From: an uncultured Nitrospinota bacterium
GTDB taxonomy: Bacteria > Tectomicrobia > Entotheonellia > J063 > CAVPRW01
Assembly (NCBI GenBank): GCA_963707985.1
Contig: CAVPRW010000005.1
Span: 1 to 64,000, forward strand
DNA length: 64,000 bases
Reading direction: 5' to 3'
This document shows, one piece after another, positions 10,373-20,897 of the stretch (its first letter is position 1; the number at the start of each line of letters is the position of its first letter). The translations under genes were made by a program, and so were the position numbers. The notes below the pieces were generated by a model that saw only the letters and a program-made list of their open reading frames with translations, did no database searches and had not been told where the DNA came from.

Positions 10373-10639
10373 ACCACTATGCGAGGGATTGAGGAAGGCC
10401 GCCAGGGCCGCACAGACTCGCGAAACTGGCCGACACGGATCAGTACGGCGCCATGGTCGCCATCGGGTTGAGTGCGCACCGATCATTCGCACGGCAGGTG
10501 AGCCCCATTGGATGTTCTCGGGCTGTTCTCAAAGAATGTGGGTTGGGTAGGATCCTATTCTCACGGAGCGTGGGCACGAAAGTGTGACGTTCTCGGGCAG
10601 GACGATATATATTATCGCGCTGTTACACTTACAGGTGCC

Positions 10640-10727
10640 CCCTAACTTGGGCTTGCAAGCGACGGCGGCCAGCGTCCGCTCGTGCCTCGCTCCCGCTGCC
10701 CGCCGCGCCTGAAGCCTAGCGTTCGGT
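10640..10727 (+). repeat. attC site 5 (88 bp)
   Basis: GTGCCCCCTAAC matches the complement of GTTAGGCGGCAC (8823) at 11/12; core related to attC 1; ends GTTCGGT. Confidence 0.85.
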
Positions 10728-11126
10728 GCTGGAAAGGTAGTCAGTAATAGGAAGGTTGCATACCGTGAACGTAGCTGACTTTTCCGTTCCTTGACCACGG
10801 CCAGGATTCATGCGGCCTCTAGGGGAAAGTCCCATGAAAGTTATTGTAATTACAGGGATTATGTGCATGTGATCCAACACTTCCCGGTCGGGTTTGAGGG
10901 TCCAAGAACCTCCTGGACCCCAGTTTGCCCTCCTGCCAGCCACTCCTCGGGATACCGATGGCGGAGATCGTGGCTGAATACTTCTTTAGTTTCATGTACT
11001 TTCATCGCTCATCAGCGGCTAGCCCGCATGGATAGCCGCTGATGATGAGGAACGGAAAAGTCAGATGATTTCACAGCGGTCTGTGAATCAGGCCTGGAGC
11101 TTTGGGCACCCGCTTACGGCTATGCG

Positions 11127-11417
11127 GTGCCGACATTGACAGCACAGCGGCTCGAACCGGTGATCCGCGAAAAAGAGACACGCCTGGTACGATACCGCTC
11201 TCGATGTGCCACAGTTTGGCTTCTGGTGGTTACTGACGCAGGTCTACCGTCAAGTCACTTTGACATCACTGACGCTCTTGGAAACCATGTCTTCACATCG
11301 GCGTTCGACCGCATCTTTCTGCTCACACCATTTCAGCGACGGCTAATTGAGCTTCGGACCCAACGTGCGCAAAAAAAACACCCAACGAATCGACGCCGAA
11401 CAGGGGGCGCGAGCTGA
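11127..11417 (+). pseudogene. C-terminal remnant of a hypothetical cassette protein (cassette 6)
   Basis: IREKETRL...VWLLVVTD...FDRIFLL reads as a real protein end; the 5' part of the cassette has no continuous ORF. Confidence 0.5.
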
Positions 11418-11544
11418 AGCTGGCATCCCTCGTTGCGCTCGGGACCCCGCTGCGTTGCGCCCCTTGGTCTCGGTCTCGGCCTCGCCCCGCATGCGGGGCT
11501 CCGCCTGCGAGTCGGGGTACAGCTTAGCTCGTGCCCCGTTCGGC
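11395..11544 (+). repeat. attC-like site 6 (150 bp, GAAC/GTTC cores)
   Basis: GCCGAAC...GAGCTGAAGCTG / CAGCTTAGCTC...GTTCGGC. Confidence 0.7.
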
Positions 11545-11559
11545 AGATGAGATGAAACC

Positions 11560-12285
11560 ATGCGAGTCTCCGGAATAGAACCAGACGGCAAGTTCAAGGA
11601 GTACGTCCAAACTCCGTTTCAAGTGCAGCACGATGAAGCTATTCTCGAGAACTGGCTGGAAAGCAATCCTGACGGGATCGTCGAGGACGGCAAACTGCTG
11701 ATCATTGGTCGCCAGGTCAGCACGAATCTCGGCAGCGTCATTGACCTGCTCGCTTTAGACCGACGGGGTGATGTCGTTGTGGTCGAGCTGAAGCGAGACC
11801 GGACACCTCGTGATATGCTTGCCCAGGCGCTCGAATACGTGTCATTCGTCGAACCGCTTGATAGCGAACAGCTTGTAGCAATCCTGCGGTCGTATCTGAA
11901 TGACGACTCTCTCAGCCTTGCGGAGCACTGCTGGGAGCACTTCGAGCTCGCCTCCGACGAGGCCGTGGCCTTCAATAAGGATCAGCGGATCGTCATTGTG
12001 GGTCAAAAGGTGACGAACGAGATCAGGCAAACCGCCTCTTTTCTGCGGGCAAAAGGAGTGCGCGTGACATGCGTGGAATTCTCCTTGTTCTTGTCCAGCG
12101 GCGGCACGCGCCTTCTCTCCCAAGACATTGTGGTGGGACGGGAGCTCACCAAACCTGACCGTATTGCCTCCGGTTCACTGCCGGTCGTCTCTCAAAACGA
12201 TTTCATGCGGTCGCTGGATGAACATGGCAGATCGGTTTTTGAACGGCTTCTTGAGTTCGCTAGACACAGGTCCATGCCCATCCAC
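11560..12285 (+). pseudogene. NucS/DUF91-like PD-(D/E)XK endonuclease, 3'-truncated (cassette 7)
   Basis: IDLLALD...VVELKR...QALEY; after MPIH the ORF reads into antisense transposase sequence. Confidence 0.8.
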
Positions 12286-13428
12286 CACGGCGTGCATGGG
12301 GTTGGCCTGGAAGTCGCGGCGAGTGGCCTGGCGCCAATGCTCGGGCGTCCCCTACGGATCATCGGTCGTCAGGCCCGTGATGCCGACCACCTCCGTCTCT
12401 CACTGTGCGGTCCACGCCATTCGGCCCTGGCCCTGGCGGACGGTGTGCACCCGGCATCCGACGGGGAGTCCGTCGCCGGCGGCGGCCAGGGCCCGGGCGT
12501 CCGCCGGCACCGCCAGGTCTGCTGTGGCTGGTACCACACAGCGGAGTCCGGGCTGCTCCAGCCACCACCGCTCCGTTCCCGACAGCAAGCCCCGAGCACA
12601 GACGACCTGGTGCCGGCGGGCATCGCCGGTCAGATGGGTCCGGGCCTGCGTGACCAACGCCCGCAAGTCGAGGCCTTCGGGCTCGTGGATCTTCACAACC
12701 TTCACGGCCAGGGGAATCTTAGTGAGGGTATCGCTCAAGATGCTCACCTTCCCGCCGGACACCGTCACCTCGATCGCACGCCCCTGGCCAGGCGTGTCCG
12801 TGCGCTTCCGTAGGCGGCTGACCTGGCCACAGGCCTCAGACTGGGCGGTCGTCTCCAGATCGGTGCCATCGACCATCCCCGTCACCTTGGCCTGAACGAC
12901 CCCGGCCTGGGCCCAAGCCCGGATGGCGCCGTTGCACAACGCCTCCAACGCCCGCACGTCCCGCTGCACGAGGGTGTGGGCCAGCGCCGCTGGGCAGAGA
13001 GGGCCGGCCGGGCGCGGCCAGTGCCGCGTGGCCGCCCCGCGCTGGCACACGCCGTGCCGCACGTGGTGGGTCTTGCACCCGACCGAGCGCCTGCTGGCTT
13101 CATGGCTGAAGCGCCATGCCGGCAGGGCCTTCAGGCCCTCAAGCCCACACAGGCGCTTCAGTGCGTACAGCAGAACATCCTGCCCCATGGGCACCATCTC
13201 GCGCTCGATGCCCTGGCCCCGGACCTCCTCCAACCCGGCGACCACCCCCAGCTCCTGGCGGAACTGCAAGCACTCATCCGGCAACTCTCCTGCATCCAGG
13301 GGGTAGACGCCGTCCACCACCGGCTGGCGATACAGGCGCCGCGCCACGCGCCGATCATCCCGTCGTGCGACTGGCCAACCCCACCACGCGGCCAGGTTCG
13401 TCGTGATCGCTTCCTGTCTCTGCTCCAT
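12282..13428 (-). pseudogene. Degenerate, 3'-truncated DDE transposase
   Basis: VDGTDLETT motif, IPLAVKVVKIHE; frameshift near 12400; ends abruptly at the nuclease junction. Confidence 0.75.
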
Positions 13429-13812
13429 GGTCCACCTCCCTCTCTTGAGGGCTCCTGCTCTAGAGGAACGTGGGTCCCAGGTCAAGCGTTCCCTTATATT
13501 AGAATTTCAGGAGATTTCTTGTCCCAACCGGAAAGGCTCTGTGGTATCCTTGACTCTGAAGTACTGTAACCCAAGAATGGAGGCCAGGTACATCATGCCC
13601 TGGAGAGTTTCTTTGCTTGACCAGCCTAGTGAGCTTCGATCTTAAAGGATCGAGCGGCATGGCCAGTAATATCGCGTCATATGTCAACGGCAAGCAGCGT
13701 GAAAGAGCCAATGATGTACGCACCAAAGTGAACATCAACAATCCCCAGACGCGGAAGCTAGATGGTGAGCGGGATCAAGTGACGGCAGTCTATGCTGTGG
13801 AAGGAATCCATC

Positions 13813-14334
13813 GTGATCGTTGAAGACAAGCTGAAAGCCTTGGGACTCGAGCTCCTGGACCTCGATGAACAGTATCGCCGTAATGCCTCGGGAGCGCGCT
13901 TTATTTCACACTATGCCGTGCAGAACGTCCTCTACCTCTCGGGCACGACGCCGATGAAAGATGGTCAGCCCTTCAATCCTGGAGTGTTGGGCCAGGATTT
14001 AACCCTTGAGCAGGGCTATGAAGCCGCCCGCTATGCGACGCTGGCCAGCCTGGCCGCCGTCAAGTATGCGTTGGATGAGCTCGACCGCGTGCAACAGATC
14101 GTACAGCTGATCGGCTATGTCAACTCGGCTCCGGGTTTTAGCAACCAGCCTCGCGTCATCAACGGGGCCACAGACCTCCTGGTCGAACTCTTCGGCGAAC
14201 GCGGCAAGCCGACGCGCGCCGCCATTGGCTGCCAGGGCTTGGCGCTAAATCATTCGGTTGAAATCGTCATGACGGTGCTGTTTTCTGGCAGTGCCGTTCG
14301 AGCCCCGTTGGCGCGCGACCACTATGCCGGATGA
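13813..14334 (+). CDS. Rid (YjgF/YER057c/UK114) family protein
   Basis: LYLSG, VNSAPGFSNQPRVINGATDLL, RAAIG. Confidence 0.85.
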   Translation: MIVEDKLKALGLELLDLDEQYRRNASGARFISHYAVQNVLYLSGTTPMKDGQPFNPGVLGQDLTLEQGYEAARYATLASLAAVKYALDELDRVQQIVQLIGYVNSAPGFSNQPRVINGATDLLVELFGERGKPTRAAIGCQGLALNHSVEIVMTVLFSGSAVRAPLARDHYAG

Positions 14335-14351
14335 CCGGAGAAAGGGGCGGC

Positions 14352-15083
14352 ATGCGGGTGCAGGGGGGCTATAACCTCTACGGTTTCAGCGTCGGCATTC
14401 TGATGCTCGACACGCGATTCCCGCGCATCCCCGGCGACATGGGCAATGCCACGACGTTTCCTTTTCCCGTCCGCTATCATCGGGTGCAAGGCGCCTCACC
14501 GGAGCTGGTGGTGCGTCAAGGATCGCGGGAGCTGCTACCAGCATTCATCGCCGGGGCGAAATTCCTGGAACAGGAGGGTGTGCAGTCCATCACCACTAAC
14601 TGTGGCTTCCTGGCCAAGTTCCAGCGTGAAATTGCTGCGGCCGTAACGGTCCCCGTATTCACCTCCAGCCTGATGCTGGTACCGATGGTGCACCACATGC
14701 TCCCACCTGGGAAATCTGTGGGGATTATGACCGTCGATGCCTCATCGCTGACACTGGCCGATTTCGAGGGCGTAGGCATTACGTCCGATATGCCGACCTC
14801 CGTCGCTGGCCTGGAGACTGAGAGAGAATTCACCCGTGTGCTGCTGGGTAATCAGATGACCCTCGACGTCGAAGCGGCGCGTCGAGAGCATATCCGGGTG
14901 GCGCAACGACTCTGTGCCGAACACCCTGAGGTTGGCGCTATAGTCCTCGAATGCACCAACATGCCGCCGTACCGAGCGGACATTCAGGCAGCCACCGGGC
15001 TGGCCGTATTCGATATCGTACACTTGGTGCAGATGGTCCACACCGCACTGGGGCACGGCATTCCACCGCGGCCGGTGCTGTGA
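14352..15083 (+). CDS. Asp/Glu/hydantoin racemase-family protein
   Basis: ITTNCGF and LECTNMPPY catalytic Cys motifs. Confidence 0.85.
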   Translation: MRVQGGYNLYGFSVGILMLDTRFPRIPGDMGNATTFPFPVRYHRVQGASPELVVRQGSRELLPAFIAGAKFLEQEGVQSITTNCGFLAKFQREIAAAVTVPVFTSSLMLVPMVHHMLPPGKSVGIMTVDASSLTLADFEGVGITSDMPTSVAGLETEREFTRVLLGNQMTLDVEAARREHIRVAQRLCAEHPEVGAIVLECTNMPPYRADIQAATGLAVFDIVHLVQMVHTALGHGIPPRPVL

Positions 15084-15175
15084 GTGGCACATGCTGGTCG
15101 AGATCCTCGTATAACGGTTCATCAACTCCGCGGTCGGCACTCGGCTAACTCATCACCGGACAACGGAGAGCAGAT

Positions 15176-16123
15176 ATGGCACGCTACCGACATCGTTTAC
15201 CGCAACTCTCTGGTGGTCTTTTCCTCACCGATGGTGGCATCGAAACCACTCTCATTTTTCGCGAAGGGTTGACCTTGCCTTACTTCGCCGCCTGCGATTT
15301 GCTGGCACACGATGCAGGCTATGCAGCGCTGCAAAAGTACTTCCGGACCTATGTTGACATCGCCCGGCGCTATGGTGTCGGGTGCATCCTGGAGAGCGCG
15401 ACGTGGCGTGCTAATCCGGATTGGGGAACAAAGCTCGGCTATGCCCCCACAGAGCTGACCGACCTGAATCGCAAAGCGATTACCTTGCTGCATGAGATTC
15501 GCGACACCTACGAGCTGGGCACCACGCCGATGGTCATCAGCGGCTGTATTGGCCCCCGAGGCGATGGCTACAATCCGGCTGCACTGATGACTGAGGGTGC
15601 CGCCGAGCACTACCATACCATGCAGGCTCAAACGTTTCGTGAGATGGAGGCAGACCTGGTGACGGCCATTACCATGACTTATGCCGCCGAAGCTATCGGC
15701 CTCACCCGGGCGGCGCTAGCAGCGGAGATGCCCGTGGTGATTTCGTTTACCGTCGAAACCGATGGCCGCTTGCCGACCGGGCAAACGTTGCAAGAGGCCA
15801 TCGCACAGGTCGACGACGCCACCGGTCGTGGCCCCGCGTATTACATGATCAATTGTGCCCATCCCACGCATTTTGTCGGTGCGTTGGTGGCTGGCGAACC
15901 ATGGCTCGACAGAATTCGCGGTGTGAGAGCCAATGCGTCAACCAAGAGTCATGCTGAGCTGGATGAAGCCGCCGAGCTCGATGAAGGGAACCCCGAAGAG
16001 CTCGGCCGACAGTACCGCGAGCTGAAAGGGAAATTGCCGCAGCTAAACGTGCTGGGCGGTTGCTGTGGGACCGATCACCGCCATGGCGACGCCATCTGCC
16101 AAGCTTGTCTGCCGTTGTTCTAA
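15176..16123 (+). CDS. Homocysteine S-methyltransferase family protein
   Basis: TDGGIET, INCAHP, GGCCGT Zn motif. Confidence 0.9.
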   Translation: MARYRHRLPQLSGGLFLTDGGIETTLIFREGLTLPYFAACDLLAHDAGYAALQKYFRTYVDIARRYGVGCILESATWRANPDWGTKLGYAPTELTDLNRKAITLLHEIRDTYELGTTPMVISGCIGPRGDGYNPAALMTEGAAEHYHTMQAQTFREMEADLVTAITMTYAAEAIGLTRAALAAEMPVVISFTVETDGRLPTGQTLQEAIAQVDDATGRGPAYYMINCAHPTHFVGALVAGEPWLDRIRGVRANASTKSHAELDEAAELDEGNPEELGRQYRELKGKLPQLNVLGGCCGTDHRHGDAICQACLPLF

Positions 16124-16237
16124 CAGTAGATCGTACGAGACATCAGTGAGAACTTTACCCCTCCTGGTTGGGCTGCTAACTCCTAGCACTGCTGAACATC
16201 GGCGATCACTGATGCGTTTCACCATGATGGAGTAGCC

Positions 16238-16942
16238 ATGTTTACGGAGACGGCCCTATACTATGACAAGATCTACTCGTTCAAGGATTACTCTGCCGAA
16301 ACCGACCGCCTCATGGCGATTTTCCGCGAGCATCAGCGTTCAACGGGGACACACCTGCTTGACGTGGCCTGTGGGACAGGTCGTCATCTGGAGTATCTCA
16401 GGGATCGATACGACGTCGAGGGCCTAGACATTTCTCCTGCATTGCTCACGATCGCACGTCAACGCCTCCCAAGCATCCCCTTGCACCACGGTGATATGAC
16501 GGCGTTCGACCTCGGCAAGACCTTCGACCTTGTCACTTGCTTGTTCAGTTCCATCGGCTATGTCAAAACGCTGGAGCATCTCGCCCGAGCGGTCGGATGC
16601 ATGGGCAAACACCTCAAGGCCGGAGGGCTTTTAGTCGTTGAACCCTGGTTTACTCCCGACATCTGGCGTCCTGGCACGGCGCATGCCATATTCATCGATG
16701 AACCCGAATTGAAGATCGCCCGCATCAGTACCAGTTCCGTCGCGGGACACGTATCCATCCTCGACCTGCACTATTTAGTTGGCACGCCAGCGGGGACAGA
16801 GCATTGCGTCGAACATCATGAGATGGGGCTCTTCGCGACTGAAGATATGCACGCCGCGCTAGCGGCAGTCGGTCTGGAGGTGACCTACGACCCCCAGGGG
16901 TTGATGGGCAGGGGCCTGTTCATTGGTCGACATCCAGGCTAG
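16238..16942 (+). CDS. Class I SAM-dependent methyltransferase (TylM1/DesVI-like)
   Basis: LLDVACGTG, VTCLFSSIGY, VEPWF. Confidence 0.85.
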   Translation: MFTETALYYDKIYSFKDYSAETDRLMAIFREHQRSTGTHLLDVACGTGRHLEYLRDRYDVEGLDISPALLTIARQRLPSIPLHHGDMTAFDLGKTFDLVTCLFSSIGYVKTLEHLARAVGCMGKHLKAGGLLVVEPWFTPDIWRPGTAHAIFIDEPELKIARISTSSVAGHVSILDLHYLVGTPAGTEHCVEHHEMGLFATEDMHAALAAVGLEVTYDPQGLMGRGLFIGRHPG

Positions 16943-17094
16943 AGTAGGTGAAAAGCGCTTCAGTCTCACGTGACAGCCAACGGCGAAATAGGACTGAGCC
17001 ATCATGCGCTCGAATGGTTTCAGCAAGGGTTTGACGCTGGGTGCAAGAGCGGCTAGAATCAGGCAACCAATCGAGATGCACAGGGAGAGCAATC

Positions 17095-18012
17095 ATGACT
17101 ACGCAAACCGACCTGAAGCCCGTGCGGGTTTCCATGATGAATGCCGTTCATGACTTGGCTGTGCTTGTGGCAAGAGATGAAGGCTTGTTCCGTGACGAGG
17201 GGCTCGATGTGACGATCGTCAACACCCCCGGTACCGCGCAGGTCAATGTCGACCGCCAGGCGTTACGCCATGAGATCTTCGACCGCACCATGGAAGCCCT
17301 CTACAACACTGGCGGTGTCGATCAGTACCGCATGTGCGAATGGGGAGTCATGAAGCGTACCGTGGAAGCCATTCAGTGCGGCCAGCGGCCGGCGAAAATC
17401 GTGGCCCTGGGCTCCGCCATGTCCAAGATGGCCATCATCACCGCCCCGCACAGCCACATCTACGAACCTGAACAGCTCAAAGACACGCCGGTGGCTGTCA
17501 GCCCATTCAATGGCTCACATTTCACGACCCTCAAGATGCTCGAGGGCTTTATCAAGAAGGAGCATATCCGCGTGGTCCATGCCGGCACCATGCAGGAGCG
17601 CCTGGAGGCCGTGCGCAAGGGGGAAGTGGCGGCTGGCAACTTTATGGAGCCCTGGATTAGCATTGCCCAGAAGCAGGGCTTCCGCATTCTGATGGAGAGC
17701 CACTCAACGCGTAGCGAGGCGGCTGGAGATGAGCTGGACGGCCCCACCCTCGCCGCCATGTTCCGGGCCGAGGCACGAGCCGCCAAGATGATCAATGAGC
17801 ACCCCGACAAGTACGCGCACTATCTGCTCCAAGAAGCCCACGGCCTGCTCGCGCCGCACGATTTGCAAACCTGGCGCCTGCTCTATGGCCCGCCCATGCC
17901 ATACACGCGGGCACGCTTCGAGGACACGTACGAGTGGATGCTGGGCTATCCTGGGTTAGTCACCCCAGGCGCCACTTATGAAACAGTCGTGGACAATCGA
18001 GCCTGGGAGTGA
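17095..18012 (+). CDS. NMT1/SsuA-like type-2 binding-fold protein lacking a signal peptide
   Basis: VARDEGLFRDEGLDV motif. Confidence 0.7.
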   Translation: MTTQTDLKPVRVSMMNAVHDLAVLVARDEGLFRDEGLDVTIVNTPGTAQVNVDRQALRHEIFDRTMEALYNTGGVDQYRMCEWGVMKRTVEAIQCGQRPAKIVALGSAMSKMAIITAPHSHIYEPEQLKDTPVAVSPFNGSHFTTLKMLEGFIKKEHIRVVHAGTMQERLEAVRKGEVAAGNFMEPWISIAQKQGFRILMESHSTRSEAAGDELDGPTLAAMFRAEARAAKMINEHPDKYAHYLLQEAHGLLAPHDLQTWRLLYGPPMPYTRARFEDTYEWMLGYPGLVTPGATYETVVDNRAWE

Positions 18013-18025
18013 GAGGGGAAAGCTC

Positions 18026-19273
18026 ATGGTCAATCGTCGCACGTTTATGACACTACTCGCAACGGCTGCTGTCGCCCCGGACTTCTCATGGGCTCAGGGA
18101 GGCGGGGGCAACAGGGTTGCCCTCTATGCCAGCGTGGGGCCGACGCTCACCCATTATGACGTTGATGTGGCAGGCACGGAGTTGAGTAAGCGCGGCTCGG
18201 TGACGCTGCCGGCGAATGTCCAGTATGCGTGGCCGCACGCGTCGCGGCAGTATCTCTACGTGGCCTCGAGCAATAGCGCGTCCGGGCTGGGTGGGGTGGT
18301 CGGCGATAGGCATCACGTGAGTGCCTTTCGCATCGATGGCTCCGGCGCGCTGACGCCGCACGGCCAGCCGATTCCGCTGCCCTCACGGCCGATTCACATG
18401 ACAACCGATATAGCGTCCGAGTACGTACTCGTGGCGTTCAACAATCCGAGTGCCCTCCGAGTCTACCGCATCAATCGCGACGCGACGCTCGGTGAGGAAG
18501 TTCAGCAACCGGGGCCGGTCGACGCTGGAATCTTCGCGCATCAGGTGCGTGTGACGGACAACAACCGGTTGGCAATCCTCGTCACGCGCGGTAATGACCG
18601 TGCCGGTGAAAAGCCCGAAGACCCAGGCGCGCTCAAGGTGTTCAATTTCAAGAACGGGCTACTCACCAACGTAGTCTCCGTCGCGCCCAATGGTGGCTAT
18701 GGCTTTGGTCCGCGGCACCTCGATTTTCACCCGAACCAGCCGTGGGTCTACGTGTCACTCGAGCGCGAGAACAAGCTGGACATGTTCACGCTCGACGGTG
18801 ACACCCTGTCGATGGTGCCTGTGTTCAGGAAGGAAACCTTGGCGCGGCCCAACAATATCGTCTCACGGCAGGCGGCAGGTACCGTGCACGTCCACCCGAA
18901 CGGCCGCTTCGTGTACGGCGTCAATCGGGCCGACACTACGACAGAGCTCGAAGGTAAAAAAGTCTTTGTCGGTGGCGAGAATAACATTGCGACCTACGTG
19001 ATCAACCAGGAGACCGGCGAACCGACGCCGATCGATCACACCGAAACGCAAGGCATCCACTGCCGCACGTTCCACATCGATCCGAGCGGGCGCCTGCTGG
19101 TTGCAGCCCACATCAGGCCGCTACTGGTGCAGGAGGGGACGAATGTGCGTCAGGTGCCTGCGTGCCTGTCGGTGTTTCGCATCGGCAACGACGGCAAGCT
19201 CGATTTCGTGCGCAAGTACGACGTCGACGTCGGCAATGATACGATGTTTTGGATGGGGATGGTGAAGCTGTAG
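18026..19273 (+). CDS. Tat-exported lactonase-family 7-bladed beta-propeller (Pgl-like)
   Basis: NRRTFM leader; GPRHLDFHP, HPNGRFVY, RTFHIDPSG. Confidence 0.85.
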   Translation: MVNRRTFMTLLATAAVAPDFSWAQGGGGNRVALYASVGPTLTHYDVDVAGTELSKRGSVTLPANVQYAWPHASRQYLYVASSNSASGLGGVVGDRHHVSAFRIDGSGALTPHGQPIPLPSRPIHMTTDIASEYVLVAFNNPSALRVYRINRDATLGEEVQQPGPVDAGIFAHQVRVTDNNRLAILVTRGNDRAGEKPEDPGALKVFNFKNGLLTNVVSVAPNGGYGFGPRHLDFHPNQPWVYVSLERENKLDMFTLDGDTLSMVPVFRKETLARPNNIVSRQAAGTVHVHPNGRFVYGVNRADTTTELEGKKVFVGGENNIATYVINQETGEPTPIDHTETQGIHCRTFHIDPSGRLLVAAHIRPLLVQEGTNVRQVPACLSVFRIGNDGKLDFVRKYDVDVGNDTMFWMGMVKL

Positions 19274-19511
19274 CAGAGCCTCTGCCTCCTATTTTAAACG
19301 CCGCTGCGAAAGTTGCCTGGCATCCGCTGAATGCCTCTTTGCATGGCGACGTACGATCGTCTTCCCACAATCGCTGACAAGGTGCGGAGCTCCAGATCGT
19401 CGTTGCGTCGAAGAGCGAACAATGCCGCTTGCATTGTACCTGTAAACGTGCTAGTAACTTGGTGCGTTCATTGACACTTTTCCCTTTACGGTGCATGTTG
19501 GGGTGATCGAC

Positions 19512-20897
19512 ATGGATCCAGGCAAGCCAAATCTAGAACCATCCCAGGCGGTGGACCTGGCACTTGCTCCATCGCAGACCGGCGACGGTCGTTCAGAACA
19601 CGTCCGGGAGGCTGATGTGGCCTTCGTCGGAGTCGGAACCACCGACAGCCACCGCACACGACGCCGTTGGTGGCCATGGCTACTGGTGCTTTGCCTGATC
19701 GGTGCGGCGGCGTACGGTCTAGCACCGAGCCTAGGACTGGACAAGCAGGTCGGGGAGTGGATGCCGCAGATCAGTCGGGTTACGGCGGTGATCACTGACC
19801 TACTCCCTGGCAAAGGTCAGGGTACGTCACCGGGCGTGAAGCCCACGGAAGCACCGGCCCTCCGCGCGGTCCCGGTGGTCGCCACAGTGGCGAAGCAGGG
19901 GAACCTGGGTCTTTACCTGACGGGCCTGGGCTCTGTCACCGCTTCCAACATGGTGACGGTACGCCCACGGGTCGATGGACAACTGATCAAAGTGGCCTTC
20001 CAGGAAGGGCAAAACATCCGCAAAGGGGATTTGTTGGCGGAGATCGATCCGCGCCCGTTCCAGGTGCAACTTGCCCAGGCGGAGGGGCAAATGGCCAAAG
20101 ACCAGGCCCAGCTCAGGAACGCCCAGCGCGATCTGGAACGCTTCAAAACCCTGCTCGCCCGCGACATGATCTCGAAACAGGAATTTGACGCCCAGATTGC
20201 CTCAGTTGACCAGGTGGAGGGCGTGATCAAGAGCGACCAGGCACAGATCGACAGCGCCAAGCTGCAATTGACGTATAGTCGCATTGTCGCTCCCATTTCC
20301 GGGCGGATCGGTCTGCGTATCGTCGACGAAGGCAATATGGTGCGTGCCAACGACCCCAATGGCCTGGCTGTTATCACGCAGCTGCAGCCCATCGCTGTCG
20401 TCTTCAACATTCCTCAGGATGATCTGCCTCGTATCCTCAGCCAGATGCACACCGGCCAGAAACTCGTCGTCGAAGCCTATAATCGCGATCTGAAACAGAA
20501 GCTTGCCACCGGCACGTTGCTCACCATCGACAACCAGATCGATCCGAATACTGGCACAGTACGCTGCAAGGCCATTTTCCCCAACGAGGATAACTCCCTG
20601 TTCCCAAATCAGTTCGTCAATGCACGGCTGTTGGTGGACACCAAACAGGGAGCTGTCATCGTACCCGCTGCCGCCATCCAGCGGAGTCCGCAATCGGCGT
20701 ATGTCTATGTGGTCAAGGACGATGGGGTGGAAAGCCGCAATGTCACCATCGGCCCCAGTGAGGGCGACGATGTGTCGATTGCCAGTGGGCTGTCCCCCGG
20801 AGAAGTCGTCGTCGTTGAGGGTGTGGATCGATTGCAGCAAGGCACCAAGGTTGCGGCCCGTATGACCGGAGCCAGCCAGGCAAAGGGGAAGGAATGA
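19512..20897 (+). CDS. mdtA: RND efflux membrane-fusion protein MdtA
   Basis: [25 protein letters not shown]; directly upstream of two RND subunits. Confidence 0.9.
   Translation: MDPGKPNLEPSQAVDLALAPSQTGDGRSEHVREADVAFVGVGTTDSHRTRRRWWPWLLVLCLIGAAAYGLAPSLGLDKQVGEWMPQISRVTAVITDLLPGKGQGTSPGVKPTEAPALRAVPVVATVAKQGNLGLYLTGLGSVTASNMVTVRPRVDGQLIKVAFQEGQNIRKGDLLAEIDPRPFQVQLAQAEGQMAKDQAQLRNAQRDLERFKTLLARDMISKQEFDAQIASVDQVEGVIKSDQAQIDSAKLQLTYSRIVAPISGRIGLRIVDEGNMVRANDPNGLAVITQLQPIAVVFNIPQDDLPRILSQMHTGQKLVVEAYNRDLKQKLATGTLLTIDNQIDPNTGTVRCKAIFPNEDNSLFPNQFVNARLLVDTKQGAVIVPAAAIQRSPQSAYVYVVKDDGVESRNVTIGPSEGDDVSIASGLSPGEVVVVEGVDRLQQGTKVAARMTGASQAKGKE

Larger units (their letters stand above)
1..12285 (+). 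mobile_element. Integron gene-cassette array (distal part; CALIN-like within this window), at least 7 cassettes
   Basis: Co-oriented genes separated by attC-like imperfect palindromes (RYYYAAC...GTTRRRY). The GTT core at each cassette start is the reverse complement of the AAC core at its end. No intI in the window. Confidence 0.9.

Noticed and set aside
12286..12813. C-terminal extension of the NucS-like ORF
   Set aside because: Read-through into antisense transposase sequence.
16117..16200. TTCTAAC at the HMT stop (and ACCTAAC at the fmdA stop) as further attC sites
   Set aside because: No complementary arms or matching GTT core downstream.
13813..19273. Single biosynthetic gene cluster (Rid, racemase, methyltransferases, SBP, lactonase)
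   Set aside because: No scaffold-forming enzyme, and gaps of ~90-150 bp between several genes; co-orientation alone is insufficient.
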